Shown: positions 27,602 through 41,678 of the stretch, one piece after another
How the letters are laid out: each line of letters begins with the position of its first letter
Numbering within the stretch: the first letter of the stretch is position 1
From: Paraspadella gotoi
Lineage: Eukaryota > Animalia > Chaetognatha
Direction: 5' to 3'
DNA: 64,000 nucleotides
Assembly: GCA_051294375.1 (NCBI GenBank)
Contig: CM119263.1
Span: forward strand, 23,648,762 to 23,712,761
The notes under the pieces: generated by a model
What the model saw: only the letters and a program-made list of their open reading frames with translations
Told to the model about the DNA's origin: nothing
Databases searched by the model: none
Position numbers and translations under genes: made by a program

Positions 27602-27686
<85 letters not shown>

Positions 27687-30600
27687 AGATCCAAATCTCC
27701 GTCGCCGAGTCCAAATTCCAGTGGGACTTGACCCGACGCGAGATTCTCTACGCGATCATCGACAGCTTCATGACCGTCTACAAGACGATGCGTTCCCTCT
27801 CCGCCAACGCACTCGCCGTCGCCTTCGCTCTGGCCGACGAGGGTGCCCTCGAGCTGGAGGCACCCGCCGGAGCCGCCGAGGAGCAGGTTCAAATCTTCCG
27901 GGCCCCACCGTATAGTCGATGTGTGTCTGTAGGTTCATGCTATGGGGTAACTGTTCTGCAGCCAAAGGCTTAACCTATATGAAATTGGTACAATTAATAT
28001 AAAAATTATCCATTCATTTAATAAATAAGTATCTTGCCCTTAACTTTTGGCAGGCTTTGGTGGTTTAAGGCCTCCATCACTCTTACAAGATAATAACATA
28101 GCAGTATCCTACAAGTTTTCAATATATTATAGTATACAGATAGTATACTGTTTAGTATAGTATAGTAGACAGATTAGTACCCACCACTAAAAATTACAGT
28201 CTTATTCAGCTTGTCATAACAACTGAAGAAAAAAAGGAAAATATTTTCCTTTTTACTGTTTTTATCCACAAACGAATATGAAAATATTAAAATAAATTAA
28301 TGAAGGAAAAAAGTCATTCGATTTTTCTCTTCCTGACTCAGGACCTGTGGGAATATCTGGCTGCGCTGCTGGACGAGGAAGGCGATTGGGTGCCGCCTGA
28401 GGGTGAGGACAACTACCAGCACCTCACCCTAACCGGGTTCAATCTGGCCACCAAGCTGAAAGACCTGGTGGCCTCAAACTGGGGCCTGGAAATGAAGAAC
28501 GCCCAGGTGCTGATCAAGGGGAAGTTCACAAAGGGCTACACCATCATCTGCGCGCCGCATGTGGTCGTCGTTTCCTCTATTCACTATCCGATTTTCGAGT
28601 TCGACGATTTGAGGTTCGAAATTTCATTAATTGATCGAATGATAAATCAGACTTTGACAAAACTGATTCTTCCTTCACATTCAAGATCGAAGCACTCCAT
28701 GACGGCCCACTGCAAGGGGATCCAGTCCTACGTGACCGTCCTGGGTGACAAGGAATCTCAACTCGGCGACGAAGACGTCGTCTGGGTTCCGGAGGAGCAC
28801 ATCACCCAAGACTTCGACCACAAGATCATCCAGACCAAGGACGGGCGGATCAGGCTCATGCGCATGTTCTGCCCTTGCAACCTTCACTTCTACCAGGCGC
28901 GGGGTTTTTTTTTAAGCGAAAATCGTCTCTATTGATTTTTTTATGAGTTGCTTATTTTTTTCAGGTGAAGTTCTTCAGCATCAACGACCTGACGGAGGCG
29001 ACTTCGCTTGGATCCACGGAGAACGTTCAGGAGGCGATGCAGCACTTCCTCGAAAACCCCGCCGACATGGGTATCTCCATATCCGAAGGTGTGGCGCGAG
29101 AATAAAATGATTCTACAGAATCTGATATATTTTCTTTATTATCATTTGAAAATAATTTTAGGTCATAAGTTGTGTAGTGAAAAAGATGAATGAAACGAGA
29201 AAAATTTCTTTAAAGAACCCATCGAGTTTCGACGTGGCTCACCCTCCAGGCACCCCTGATCTCACCATCTCTATCTTCTTCCGTCATATCTTCGTCCGCT
29301 CCTCGGGCTACGGCCTCAAGATCTTCGTCGACGTCCTCGAGAACGTCTTGCTCGACGTCCCCGCCTCGATCAAAGCCGCGAGGGCTCAGGCGAGGACCAT
29401 GTGCATTTTTTAAATTACTAACAAACCTTTACGACTAACGTTATCTACGTTTGTTTTGTAATTCGTCTTTGAATTTCGTTGTTTATTTTTTTAATTGAAA
29501 AAAGCTTTTTTTTATTATTTATAATTATATTTCGATCGTAATATCTGTTCTGTGCTTTTTTTGCGGTTTCGGTGTAGTTCATTTTATTTCATTTCCCTCG
29601 TATCCGTTTTTTTTTTTCTTCGCACGGCGTGATCCGGGTGAAGTTCACTTTTCAATGTCAAGGCCGATGTGAGGTTTTCGGAGAACAACAACAACAACAT
29701 CGACCTACGCCACACCCCCACTCTCTTTCTCGCAGGAGCACGACATGAAGATCAAGTTTCACCTTCACTCGGAGAATAACATCGTTCACGCGATTCACTA
29801 CCAGCAGGCGGCGCTGCGCAAGAAGCTGGCGGAGCTTTACGAGTTGCACCAGAAACTCTACTTTTATAAGATCGAGATGAAGGCTTTCATGGAACGAGAG
29901 ATGTTGACGAAAGAAGGAGAGGAAGAGATTGAAAAGTTCGGTGAGGATCGAGATCAGTCCGTTCTTCGTTTTAGTTTTTATAGACAAGCTTGTTTTTATT
30001 TTAAAATAAGTGGAACTATATGTAAATAGTCCAATAATGCAATTACGCGTCATTGCGATGTTCACTAAAATAATGACAAACTTTAACAGAATGACACAGT
30101 TGACATAATTGACATAAATTATCAATAATCATAAACAATGACTCCAATGGCTTTGCATGTTTCGTGTAATATTTCTAGAAAAGGAAATCCACATGCTGGG
30201 AAAACGCATCGCGGCCAAAGTCGACGTCCTCGACGCGATGGTGAGATGCTACCGCGAGATGGTGCTGGTCCATCACCGTCTCGCCCGCGCGAGTAGGAAG
30301 ATGGAGAAGGGACAGGAGAACATGGATATTATCCAGAGGTGAAAAGAGGAGGAGAGCTTATAATCAGAACTAAGGATACCGTTTATTTCTTTTTGCTTCA
30401 GAATTAGAGGCAGCATAATCCAACCACTTGTTTACAAACTAATATTTTTTTTAAAAACATGAAAAATACATGTACTAATACATAAAAACTCAATGCTTCA
30501 GAATAAAAAAAAAATATTTGCCTTTTTTTACGTATTAATTTATGTTACAAATTATTTAAAAAATATAAATTAAAATCGACGCAGATTTGAGATGGCTATG

Positions 30601-32236
30601 AAGGACATGAAGGTCTACTTCCACAGCAATGATGGAGAGCAAGAGATCGCCAAAGTCAAGGCCCAACGCTTCTTCCTGCACCAGGTCAGGTCTAGTCAGA
30701 AAAGAAACAACATAACTCAAAAACAATAACGTTCTCCAATCGACTTAGGATCGAAACGCGGACAACTCGGGTCGCATCGAGGTCACCGTGGGTCCCGTTT
30801 CCTTGGACAACCCCAAGCCCGGCGCCTGCTTCAAAAAAGTCTTCCAGCCCGACCCGGATGTACGGCACGGAGAAGAGGATTGACCGTAATAATTACTGGA
30901 ATGGATCGCCGACTGATCTCTCTCTCTCTCTCACCCCGTTTCCTGATCAGGCGGTCACCTCCATCGGGACTTTCTTCCGGATGATCTTCAAGACGCTGGC
31001 GCCCGTCAACGGGATCAAAACTTTTCAACAGGTTCTTTTTTTTCTTTTGGGTTTTATTATCATAAAAAAAAATTGCAACGAAAAAAGCATTTTTTGTAAC
31101 ACAAAATATTAACTAAATATTATAATTACAAAATAATAACTAATTACAATCACTAGAAAACATTAACAAATTTTTTTTCATTACAAAATATTGACTAAAA
31201 TTAATAATTACTATCCTTACCAAATGTCATGCGTTTCAGATCGAATTTGTGTTGAATCCTTGCGAGCTCAACATTCAGATGTCCTTCGTGAAATCCTTGA
31301 TCGCTATCTTTTCACTGAAGAAGGGGTAAGTTCGTTTAGTTGATAACATTATTACTTTCCGTATTTATTAACTGGACGTATACTACATTATCCGCAGAAA
31401 GAAGAACGACCGCAAGGATAAGAAGGGCGAAGAGGAGTCGTCTTCCTCGTTGACCGAGAGCGACAAATTCGAATCGGGGACGATGGGTGCAGTGGAGGAA
31501 CACTACAAGCTCATGGGGGAAAGGTGGGGATCGGGGGGATCGGTGATTTGATGATTGTGATATATAATTTAATGGAATATACAGATTTTTTTTTCTTGTT
31601 TTGAATGATTTAATTGATTTAATTGTTTTATTGATTGATTAACTTGTTATTTCTATTCCATGACTGATTAATCGATTGATTGATTGATTGATCGATTTCT
31701 TCATCCTCCAGAGCCAACGCCGTAGTGAGCATCATCTCCTTGAAGGTGAACCAAGTTGATCTTCGTCTCAGCTTCAAAGTCGAACACAATTCCGAGCGAC
31801 TTCACACTTTTCCCATCGACGTCAAAGTAAAAAGATGCAATGGAAATGGAATCCATCGACCAAAACTTTGATTGACATCAGTGAGAACTGCACCCCTTTC
31901 TCAAGGATTGGCACTTTCGCCTCCCAGCCTACGAAAAGAACCAGATCCTGTGCACGCCGAGCGAATTGATGAAAGACTTCAAGAAGTTCGCCATCGTCAA
32001 GATCCTCAAGCAAATTCCGCTGGTATCGACTTTTAATCGTTTCCCAACGCTGCTGGCGGTGCCGCGGCCGCTGCTGCCGTCACAATAACAATTATAACGT
32101 TTACTCTTTTCAGCATTTGGTGAAGATCAAACCGGAATCGAAACCCATAGAGGAGATGGACGACGACGAGAAGATCGTTCTTCTCTTCGGTAACGACGCT
32201 CTCGAGAATCTCGATCACCTAGAACCGATATTGTAG
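5285..32236 (+). CDS. BLTP2: Bridge-like lipid transfer protein 2 (KIAA0100/hobbit/Fmp27 family), ~38 exons, ~2,850 aa
   Basis: Modelled exons: 5285-5451, 5653-6191, 6422-6849, 7105-7260, 8257-8507, 10739-10890, 10985-11024, 11180-11269, 11341-12308, 12855-13225, 13394-14039, 14602-14846, 14970-15170, 15403-15757, 16007-16143, 16212-16421, 22501-22806, 23018-23200, 24239-24453, 24534-24607, 24797-25041, 25388-~25617, 25856-26071, 27689-27886, 28342-28613, 28686-28896, 28965-29088, 29250-29389, 29736-29940, 30179-30338, 30585-30684, 30749-30859, 30951-31031, 31240-31325, 31398-31523, 31712-31826, 31906-32022, 32114-32236. Family motifs: N-terminal TM; [18 protein letters not shown]; [16 protein letters not shown]; LPGWDKVR; LLASLNPF; RSAHKFD...GNPMDH...YDAFANFR; [11 protein letters not shown]; DGEQEIA...QRF; PVNGI; terminal DEKIVLLFG. 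The 25617/25856 junction phase is uncertain (different donor or a 1-nt error). Confidence 0.88.
8982..9068. repeat. Near-perfect inverted repeat (hairpin), ~39-bp arms, 8-nt loop
   Basis: ttaggaataacatttttgtgttttaacgaatttttaatc-atagttct-gattaaaaattcgttaaaacacaaaaactgttattcctaa. Confidence 0.9.
9160..9485 (+). repeat. Degenerate ~20-bp minisatellite
   Basis: About 16 units of consensus aattttttcaacttgcat(a); explains the F/L/N-rich ORF 9175..9486. Confidence 0.85.
9625..9940 (+). mobile_element. Non-autonomous Helentron/DINE-1(HINE)-like interspersed repeat, copy 1
   Basis: Shares ccatttaaactcattt...caatcacgagt...GACG/GACA microsatellite...tttatcataattcgatgttctgacatgat...aaagtg-attatagagtc...3' hairpin atctgc-tgataa-gcagat...actaaaaa with copies 2 and 3. 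The repeat is directly seen; the class is inferred from the microsatellite plus 3' stem-loop architecture. Confidence 0.7.
14044..14121 (+). repeat. (AAAG)n microsatellite
   Basis: Pure gaaa array immediately after the donor at 14039; gives the KKER repeat in the ORF track. Confidence 0.95.
14200..14573 (+). mobile_element. HINE/DINE-1-like repeat, copy 2
   Basis: Same family as 9625-9940; gacggacagacagacggatggacggacggac microsatellite; hairpin agccgga-atctgc-tgtaa-gcagat-ccggct followed by aaaaa. Confidence 0.7.
16697..19592 (-). CDS. CBS: Cystathionine beta-synthase, 2 coding exons (19592-19168, 17882-16697), nested antisense in a BLTP2 intron
   Basis: Heme-ligand motif [10 protein letters not shown]...DPHQH; IGDTPLIR; [14 protein letters not shown] (PLP lysine); [10 protein letters not shown]; [14 protein letters not shown]; GVGTGGT; WEVEGIG; [11 protein letters not shown]; [10 protein letters not shown]; C-terminal Bateman (CBS) pair. 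A phase-2 GT-AG intron joins KGYR|CVFVMP. Confidence 0.97.
18196..18519. repeat. Foldback/MITE-like inverted repeat (~105-bp arms, AT-rich spacer) in the CBS intron
   Basis: aatcaatctaattattcaaaaaaatc...catttgaacaagtttgag...tctgcccacga...attatcggtaatt is mirrored at ~18417-18519 by aattaccgataat...tcgtgggcaga...ctcaaacttgttcaaatg...gaataattagattgatt. Confidence 0.85.
18590..19119 (+). mobile_element. HINE/DINE-1-like repeat, copy 3, with internal tandem duplication
   Basis: Same family; the ~140-bp core occurs twice (~18660 and ~18806); hairpin agtcgg-gatctgc-tgataa-gcagatc-cgact followed by aaaaa. Confidence 0.7.
26091..26163 (-). tRNA. tRNA-Arg(TCT), intronless
   Basis: GCCCCTGTGGCCTAACGGATAAGGCGTTGGACTTCTAATTCAAAGACTGCGGGTTCGAGTCCCGCCAGGGGTA: full cloverleaf, intact A/B boxes, TTTT terminator just downstream. 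Confidence 0.93.
27424..27496 (-). tRNA. tRNA-Arg(TCT), intronless, second copy
   Basis: GCCCTTGTGGCCTAATGGATAAGGCGTTGGACTTCTAATTCAAAGATTGCGGGTTCGAGTCCCGCCAAGGGTA; compensatory C-G to T-A change in the acceptor stem relative to the first copy; TTTT downstream. Confidence 0.93.
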
Positions 32237-32554
32237 TACGCTTAAGTCAGAAAGATACTGTGCGATATTTTATAAGAAATATTATTGTGCCGTTATTAGA
32301 AGATTGTTCTTCTCTTCGGTAAAGACGCTCTCAACAATCTCGATCAACCTAGACCAATATTGTACGACGCTTAAGTCAGAAAGATACTGTGCGATATTTT
32401 ATAAGAAATATATTGTGCCGTTATTAGAAGATTGTTCTTCTCTTCAGTAAAGACATTCTCGACAATCTCGATCGACCTAGACCGATATTATACGACGCTT
32501 AAGTCAGAAAGATACTGTGCGATATTTTTATAAGAAATATTTTGTGCCGTTATT
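32169..32554 (+). repeat. Tandem triplication (~128-bp unit) spanning the BLTP2 stop codon
   Basis: Units start at 32169, 32298 and 32426: agaagat(c/t)gttcttctcttc...gcttaagtcagaaagatactgtgcgatatttt...tgtgccgttatt. Confidence 0.92.
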
Positions 32555-33292
32555 AACCATGAATATAACTTATAAATTGTAGGAAGCTCATTGCCATCGA
32601 GGTAGTTGGGAGTAGGCAGATGGGAGGAAAAAGGGTATACTTTTTTAATATCCATAAACTAGTAATTTAATTAACCATTGAAATTTATCTGGGGCCAGTT
32701 TTTCAATATAGATTATAGAATCTAAATCCATAAGTCATGGCATAAGTTAACAACTGACCGGCGAAACAAAAGATCACTATTTTGACTAGCGCGACCTCTG
32801 TCGATGGCGAAGCTAAAAAGTGCCGGTTCCATCAATTGTGTCCCTTGTCACTTTTCGTGTTTTGAAAAACACAGCTCTCCGTCTTCGCTCTAAAATTGTC
32901 ATAAAAACTATATTTTATTTTGACTTTGGATAATCTTCCTTTCTACTTTTAGCTCTCAGACAGTTTATGTTTGTGAACGACCGTTCAAATTTCTCTTCGC
33001 TACCAAATATTCAAATGAATCTTACGCGAGTCAGTTTCGTTGTTGGTTTGGTTAATATCTCGTTCCTTTATTTTTTTATAAATAAACTCTGCTGTGTTTG
33101 AAAATATAATACGATTGGCACCCATATATTTGTGAGGTGGCTTTGTTATCTTTTCGTTTATCTTTAGTTTACTTGGTATTACAGTAATTACTGTATCCTT
33201 TTTCGGATATTTTATGTAATATCATTACCTAATAGTACTTTCGGTTAAACGGATCTAATTTTGAATAAAATACAATCTACGCGGCAATCGCC

Positions 33293-34595
<1,303 letters not shown>

Positions 34596-35338
34596 AAATG
34601 GGAACGAGTTCCTCGTCAATGGAAATGTCAGAATTTATCGATACAAACTTTATTTTAATAGAACTGAAGTATTTCTTGTCTTGGACTTGACAAAATGTTC
34701 ATCGATGAAGGAGCATTCTTCTATCGTTGTATTTATTAGTAAATATTGATTAAAACCTCCCCTGACTACCCCCTCCGATTCTAATTTTTAACTTCACTTT
34801 TTTTTGGACTTTCGAATCCTTAGTTTGTGTCATTATATAATAATTTATTAAATAAATGGTATTTATTTGCTTTTATTTAGGTCTATGCGGGAATGGTCGT
34901 TAGGTTTCTAGAGTAGAATTTTTTTGGTATTTTTTTAAAAAATATTTGCTTTCTTTAGATCTCGACGGAAGAGAAGACTTATAATACATAATTTAAAAAA
35001 TCTCATGGCAATTACTTTATCATTTGTAATTTAAATACTATCTTTTCTTTATCAGTATTTTTTGTCCACTGGCTTTTTAGGGATGCATTCCATCCACAAG
35101 TTTCCATTGACCATCTCTAAGTTTGTATCCATGTTGCGTGCCTTGTTCCATTCCGAGATGGAATTTTGACAATTTTGTTGGCTCCATTCCGATTTTTTTT
35201 GTCGTTGTTTACCTAAAAAATAAATATATGATTTTATAAATGTCTTTGTTTTTAAATTTCCTAACGGGTGATAATTGAAGATAATTTTCTTTGCTCAGAG
35301 ATTCGAATGTTTGTGAGCGAGGGAGTGGGAAGAACGAG

Positions 35339-35424
<86 letters not shown>

Positions 35425-36206
35425 GAGAGAGAGAGAGAGTGAGAGAGAGAGATGACGAGAGTGAGTGAGAGATGAGAGTGAGAGAGAGAGAGAGTGAGAG
35501 AGAGAGATGAAAAGGTTGCGACATTTGGGGTTCCGCAATTATATCAAATATCCTCGGTGAAGGAGTAATCTAGATCAAGAAAAAATATCTCATCGAGACG
35601 ACGACGACAACGAAAACTACAACGACAAAGACGCCGTGAGAGAAAACCAGGTGAGAGAGAGAGAGAGAGAGAGAGGCTCTGGGAGAAAAGAGACGACGAT
35701 TATATTTCCTCTTCCATCGACGTCGTCGATGGGGACGAAAAGATGCGTTGTAGAAACGAGTGGAAAGAAAAATGATAATCAAAATTTTATTAGATATTAA
35801 AGATTCCAAATACCCTGTGATGGATAATCACGTCTTAAAGTACAAATCTGACTGTGAGTTTTGGTGACCCATCTCCTTTACTCAAGAAACTCTTCCTCAT
35901 CCTTGCCACCCCTCGAGAAATTAATGGGACGAAGATACATTCTTTTCCCTTTCACTTTCCTTTCATATTTCTCCGCGTCTTGATTTCCCTCCCCAATTTT
36001 TTTCCATTTCCCGATCGAACGCTTCTTTTTTCTTCGACCAATCAAGAAGGACTATTCCTTCTCGACCAATGACTAGCCGACTTTCAACGTTTTTCGACGT
36101 CAAAAAGTGCCGCTCTCATTCTTGCCGCGGATGGCGCCGGGAAAAACCAAAGGCTCCCTGAGAGAAATGGAGAGAGAGAGAGAGAGACAGAGAGAGAGAG
36201 AGAGAC

Positions 36207-36250
<44 letters not shown>

Positions 36251-37461
36251 ACATTAGAGCATTAATTAGCGTTTCGTCTTCGTTGATGGCTCTATTAGTT
36301 ATTGGAATGTTTTTTTTTTCTTTTTTTAAAGAGTTGAGATAATTTTTTAAAAAAGAGTTAAGATGATCAGTTTTTGGCTTCTTTTCGGTCTGATCTTTCT
36401 TTATCTTCGACGTTTAATTCTTTCTCTTTCTTTTTTTTACCGAAACGTCGTTGTTTTGATAAAGGATCGAATAACTCGATGGATTTGGTTATTTTTGTAT
36501 ATTTGTTGATTTTTGTTTTAATCAAAAAGCGAATTTCACCGAATGAAATGGAATCGCACATGAACTTTCAACAAAGTAGGAAATTGATAAGGAAATGAAA
36601 ATATTATATACAGGAAATTAAATATAAATTATTTTGGAAATTGGCTGGAAAGAGAGGAAAAACACTTTCTTTCTCTGTTTTCCTTGTTCTTCGATTTTTC
36701 TTCTTAAAAACTTGGGGATTTTTTTTCCATCTTCCAAAGAGAGCCACGTGTCAAAGAACCATTTATAATAACCGGGTTATGTTTTTCAATTTCCCTCTTC
36801 GTTATTTTTAGCGCACCTGCTCCGCTTGGATTTGGAGATACCGGGTCTTTTATATAAGCTAAGAGAAAATCAAAAAGCTAATATAATATTTTTATATTCA
36901 ATTTTAATACAATATTTCATATTTTGATATGATTTAGAAAATATATAATAATACAATATAGAAATTACATCTAAAATCTCTCTCCTCTCTCTCTCTTTAA
37001 AACGTTACACAAAGGCTTAAATCAGTAAAAAACAATTTCCATAATGTGAATTAGGCTTGCTTCACAACCAAGTTGTGAAGTCAATAAACGAGCTCAGCAA
37101 TATTTTCTACTATTTTTTTAACACTTACATACAGAAATCAGTGAAAACTTAAAAATCAACATGAATCATAGTACAGGTCAATGTCTATCATGGGTTAATC
37201 GTATTTTTCTCAGTAAGCAAATGAATCTAAGAGAATAGAGCTAGTAGTATAGGTCCAAAGGGGCGGAGACGCCGGCGAGAGGTTCGAAGTCCCGCGCCAC
37301 CTGTTGGCCTCGCCCTCCGTCCCCCCTCCGGCCTCCGCTCCGCGAGAAACTCGAACTCGGCCTGCCCGATTTTCTTCCGAAGGCCGCAGGCAACAAAATT
37401 TTCATATTTCATATTTGCCCTTGGACGCCCCCTACCTCACCCCCAACTCGCCCCTCACCGC

Positions 37462-37528
<67 letters not shown>

Positions 37529-38006
37529 CTTCTCTCGTTCTCTCTCTCTCTGAATATTATTCAACATTCGCAATTCCCAACTGACCCCGCCCCGTTTTCA
37601 CAAATTTGAGTAGGAGATTATTTTTCTGGACAGAGTTATTTTTTTCATTTAATCGCCAATGTTTGTTTTGGAAAACCACTGCACGAGACTAACCGTGAGC
37701 CCGTGAATGTCTCCCTATTTGCCCAAGTTTAATAGATATGCCTCAATATGGCTTGGTGTGCTCAGAAATGCCCTAATATGCGAGAAATTTTCATAATCGT
37801 CGCCTAATTTTTTTTTTCTTCTGCCTGGAATTTCACGCGGCGAAGGATTAGGGAGGAGTCTCGGCCAAGACGAAAGAAAAAAAAAAGAAAGGAAAAAGAA
37901 AAGAATTGCGAAAATATGAAAATATGAAAAATTCCGAAAGAAGCTTGAGAAGAAAAAGTCTCGAAAATTGCTCGAGGGGGAACCAAGCACCCTTTGTCTT
38001 TCAATT

Positions 38007-38074
<68 letters not shown>

Positions 38075-39329
38075 ACGGGTGGAGGGGAATCGTTATTAAG
38101 TGTTAATAATGCATCTGCCGACGCGACGGGAGGGCGCTGACGTTAATAGCCTTAACCGATGAATCGAAACGATTTTCGAATTTGTTATCGAACCAAGAAA
38201 TCTATCTCGATCGCTCTTTGGCGAATTGTTTAAAATGTTTTCCTAGTTAATTTTGTTTGTCAGCCGGTGGTTGAGACAGAAACGATGACGGGCAAGACGG
38301 ACGTCGCAGCTGCGTGCGCGAAAACTCTTCGACGGAGAACCAGGCTATGAATGATAGTATGATAGTATGATAGTATGATAATATGAACTTATAAATATAG
38401 AGCTACAATATTGATTGGTTAAGTAAAGAGTTGGAGATACATGCTGGTCGCGTTTTTAAAAAAAAATCGTACTTAAAAATGTTCAATCGATTCAAAGATA
38501 ATATTTCATAATTGTTTAACAACCTTTTCTCGACCTCCTCGGTTGGAGCCTAATAATATTTTAATAACCTTTTTTAGATTTGAAAAAAAAAAAAACTTAA
38601 AAAAAAAAAGAAAAAAATCTCGAGCCGTTTTGACACGTTTTAATCTTTGTCATAACAATACTACGGGCCTCGCATACCATATTTAAGATGTTTATTTTTG
38701 TGTGACGGCTTAAACATGGTAGTGATCGTCGTCATCGTCGTCGTCGTCGTCGTCGGCCCAGGTGTTGGACCGCCTGCCCTCGCGCAGGTCCGTCCCATCG
38801 AGCACCAGATTGAGAATATGAACGCTCTTTTTCATCGTCGTCGTCGTCGTCGTTCGCAGATGTTCATTTTTTTCGTCGAGTTTTTGTCAACGGAGTCCAA
38901 CCCAAATATCCTGACGCCGAGGCTCGGCGGGCGACGACGTGCCGCGCACCCTTCCCGAGGTTTTAGGCGATGGACCGGGAGGGTCCCGGGGCGGGCGAGG
39001 AAAGGGTGAAGCCCTCTTCTTGGTCGACCCGGGGCTATTTTTGGAAAGGGAGGGGTGGGTCGCTGAAAGATGCTAGAGGATTTGAAAAATATTCCAATAC
39101 TTTCGATGCTTGGATTCGAGGGTGACTTCTAAAATGACCTCTAAAATGACCTCTAAAATGACCCCTGAATGTGTTTGAGATGGAGAGCAGATGGATGTGT
39201 TGCTTGGAAGCAAAGGTTTTTTTTGTTTGGAATGGTGAGAATTCGCATTCTTAGCCTTGGATCTTCGCCCCAAATAACCAATTACCGGATATGGCTGGAG
39301 AGTTTGCCAACGTTTCCGTTGTAATCTGA

Positions 39330-39455
39330 GTATCGGTTACTGCGTTGGAGTGTCCCGAGGGCGCTGGCTGCTGCTGTCCAGGTAACGGGGAGTTTGAATC
39401 CCCGAGACCCAAAATTCACTCGGCTGTGAGAGGGGAAGTGGGTTGAGTAAGTTAC
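39330..39455 (+). mobile_element. Possible degenerate tRNA-derived SINE fragment
   Basis: B-box-like ggggAGTTTGAATCccc stem-loop followed by ttcactcggctgtg...gagtaagt; single copy in the window, weak. Confidence 0.25.
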
Positions 39456-40264
39456 GGTTTAAAATAAAATCGGAAGTAAAGAAAAATACTTTCTGATTCG
39501 CCATTTATTGTTTCTTTCTTTATTTATTATATTTAGTTATGTATTTAAATAAAACATTGATTTTATTATATATAGTTATGTATTTAAATAAAACAATGAA
39601 ATACCCTTAAACACTTTGCAGTTACAATTCTTTGTCGATGCGAAGAACCTTGCGATTGTGAATACCAAAAAAATGTTGACGGCGGGAGGAGAAAAAAAAG
39701 TATCGAAATTCGCAACCGAATAGCGAAACCGCAGCTGCGAATCTAAATGCAACAACTCGATGGATTAAAATTGTCAAGTGTAAAGGACAAAAATGAAATA
39801 TGACAAAAATATTCGGGATTGCGGTCTTTACCACAACGACGGAGACGTCGAGGACGACGACGAAGACGACGACGATGGAAGCGAAAATGACGGGCGGTCG
39901 AACGGCGAGGATCGAACGGGAGTCGACACCTTCGCCCGCAGGATCACGTGATTGGGAATTGTGAAAGTTTAAAGCTAAAAGTCAGGTGATTTTCAAAGAT
40001 AAAATCCTGAGGGGAATTATAACAAAGTATCGTGAATGGAGCGAACTATTTTAAGAAGGCGGTCCGTAGTAATTTCGTTGGCATCGGAATAAAACGAAAC
40101 GTTGGCGTGAAAGATACTGGCTTGACTAAAAAGTCACGTGACAAAATTACAATAAATTTTGAAAATATTTCGTCCTTTCGCTGAAACTCACATCTTTTTT
40201 AAATAACTCCCCAGGTGTTAAAAAATGATTTTTTCCGAGATTTTCATCTCTCTATCTTTCTCTT

Positions 40265-40303
<39 letters not shown>

Positions 40304-41641
40304 TTTGAAAAAACAAGCCAATTAAATATCAAGACTTATATTAACTAAGCACAATTTAAACAAACATGGCAGTTCATGAGGAGGGATCAACAAAGAACAA
40401 ATAAATACACAGTAAATATTAATATAATATCAATATATACAGTTTACAACGAAGAGAAAATTTGAAGTAGAATTAGAAAACTTATCAATATATATCTCAA
40501 TCTTTTAAAAAATAAAGCTTCGATCTGGAATTCCCACTTTTATAAGGTTAAGGTCTGAAAAAAATTGTATCCTGTTGAGACAAAATTTGGGACCTCAAAA
40601 GGAGAGAGAAGGTTTTATTAGAATAATAATAATCTGGTTCATTTCATAACCGACTGGTGCTAATCCTCGCCAGAGTAAAGAACGGGGACAAGAGTTGAGA
40701 GAGAAGAGAAAACGAAGGTTGTCAAAAATTCAAGAGGAAGAATTATGACGAATTGATGACAAATGTTAGTAGTTTTTTTTTTCGGTTTGCCGAGAATCGC
40801 TCTCTATATTTTTCTCTTCAGAATAACGATTCACAATTAAAAACTCGTTTGAAAAATAAATGTAAAAATATGAAAAAAAAACGATTAAAATTAATAATCA
40901 TCCCAGATAGTCTCCTCCCTCTAAAAAGTTTTCTGTTTCTTATGAATTACCAGGGAATAAAAGTGATAAGCCTCTTCATATATAAAAAACAAATTTAACT
41001 AAAAAAAATAAAAATAAAAAAAAAATAATTGAGATTATTTTTTGTAATAATTTAGGCATAGGAAATCCTCTTCATTATTGCCTTCGCTGTCCAAAACAAA
41101 TAAGAAAGTATTTTTTACCTTTATCTTATCTGTAAGTGTAACTCCGTTTCTTCCAGTCACTGAACTAAACCTCTCGTTTAATATTATTTTAATTATTATT
41201 CTCGACCATAATATCATTATAACAAATTCATTTAAAACAATTTTGACATCAGTATGTAAAAAGAAAAATGTGCGTTCGAAATGAAATACAACAACAAATG
41301 AAACCAAATAAGGCAGTTTCAAAGGTACGACCGCAAACAGAAGAGGACGACACTAACGGTTCCTGTTAGCGCGTCCTCCAGCGGAAGTGGGAAGGGTAAC
41401 GAGGGAAGAGGTGGTTTCTGAGGGGGAGGCATTTTGGCGTTGGGGAGAATGGGTGGTTCGACCCGTATGAACAGATATGCGTATAAAAAGCGTACGTTTT
41501 CTTTCGTGTACCCCAAGAGGGCGAGACGAAGGGGTTGCCACAAAGCAGGGCGCAGGGGAGGGTATTGTTTGGTGAATCGAGAGGGTAATACTAATAAAGA
41601 GGAGAGAGAAAGAGAGAGAGAGAAGGGAGAGAGAAGAGGAG

Positions 41642-41678
<37 letters not shown>

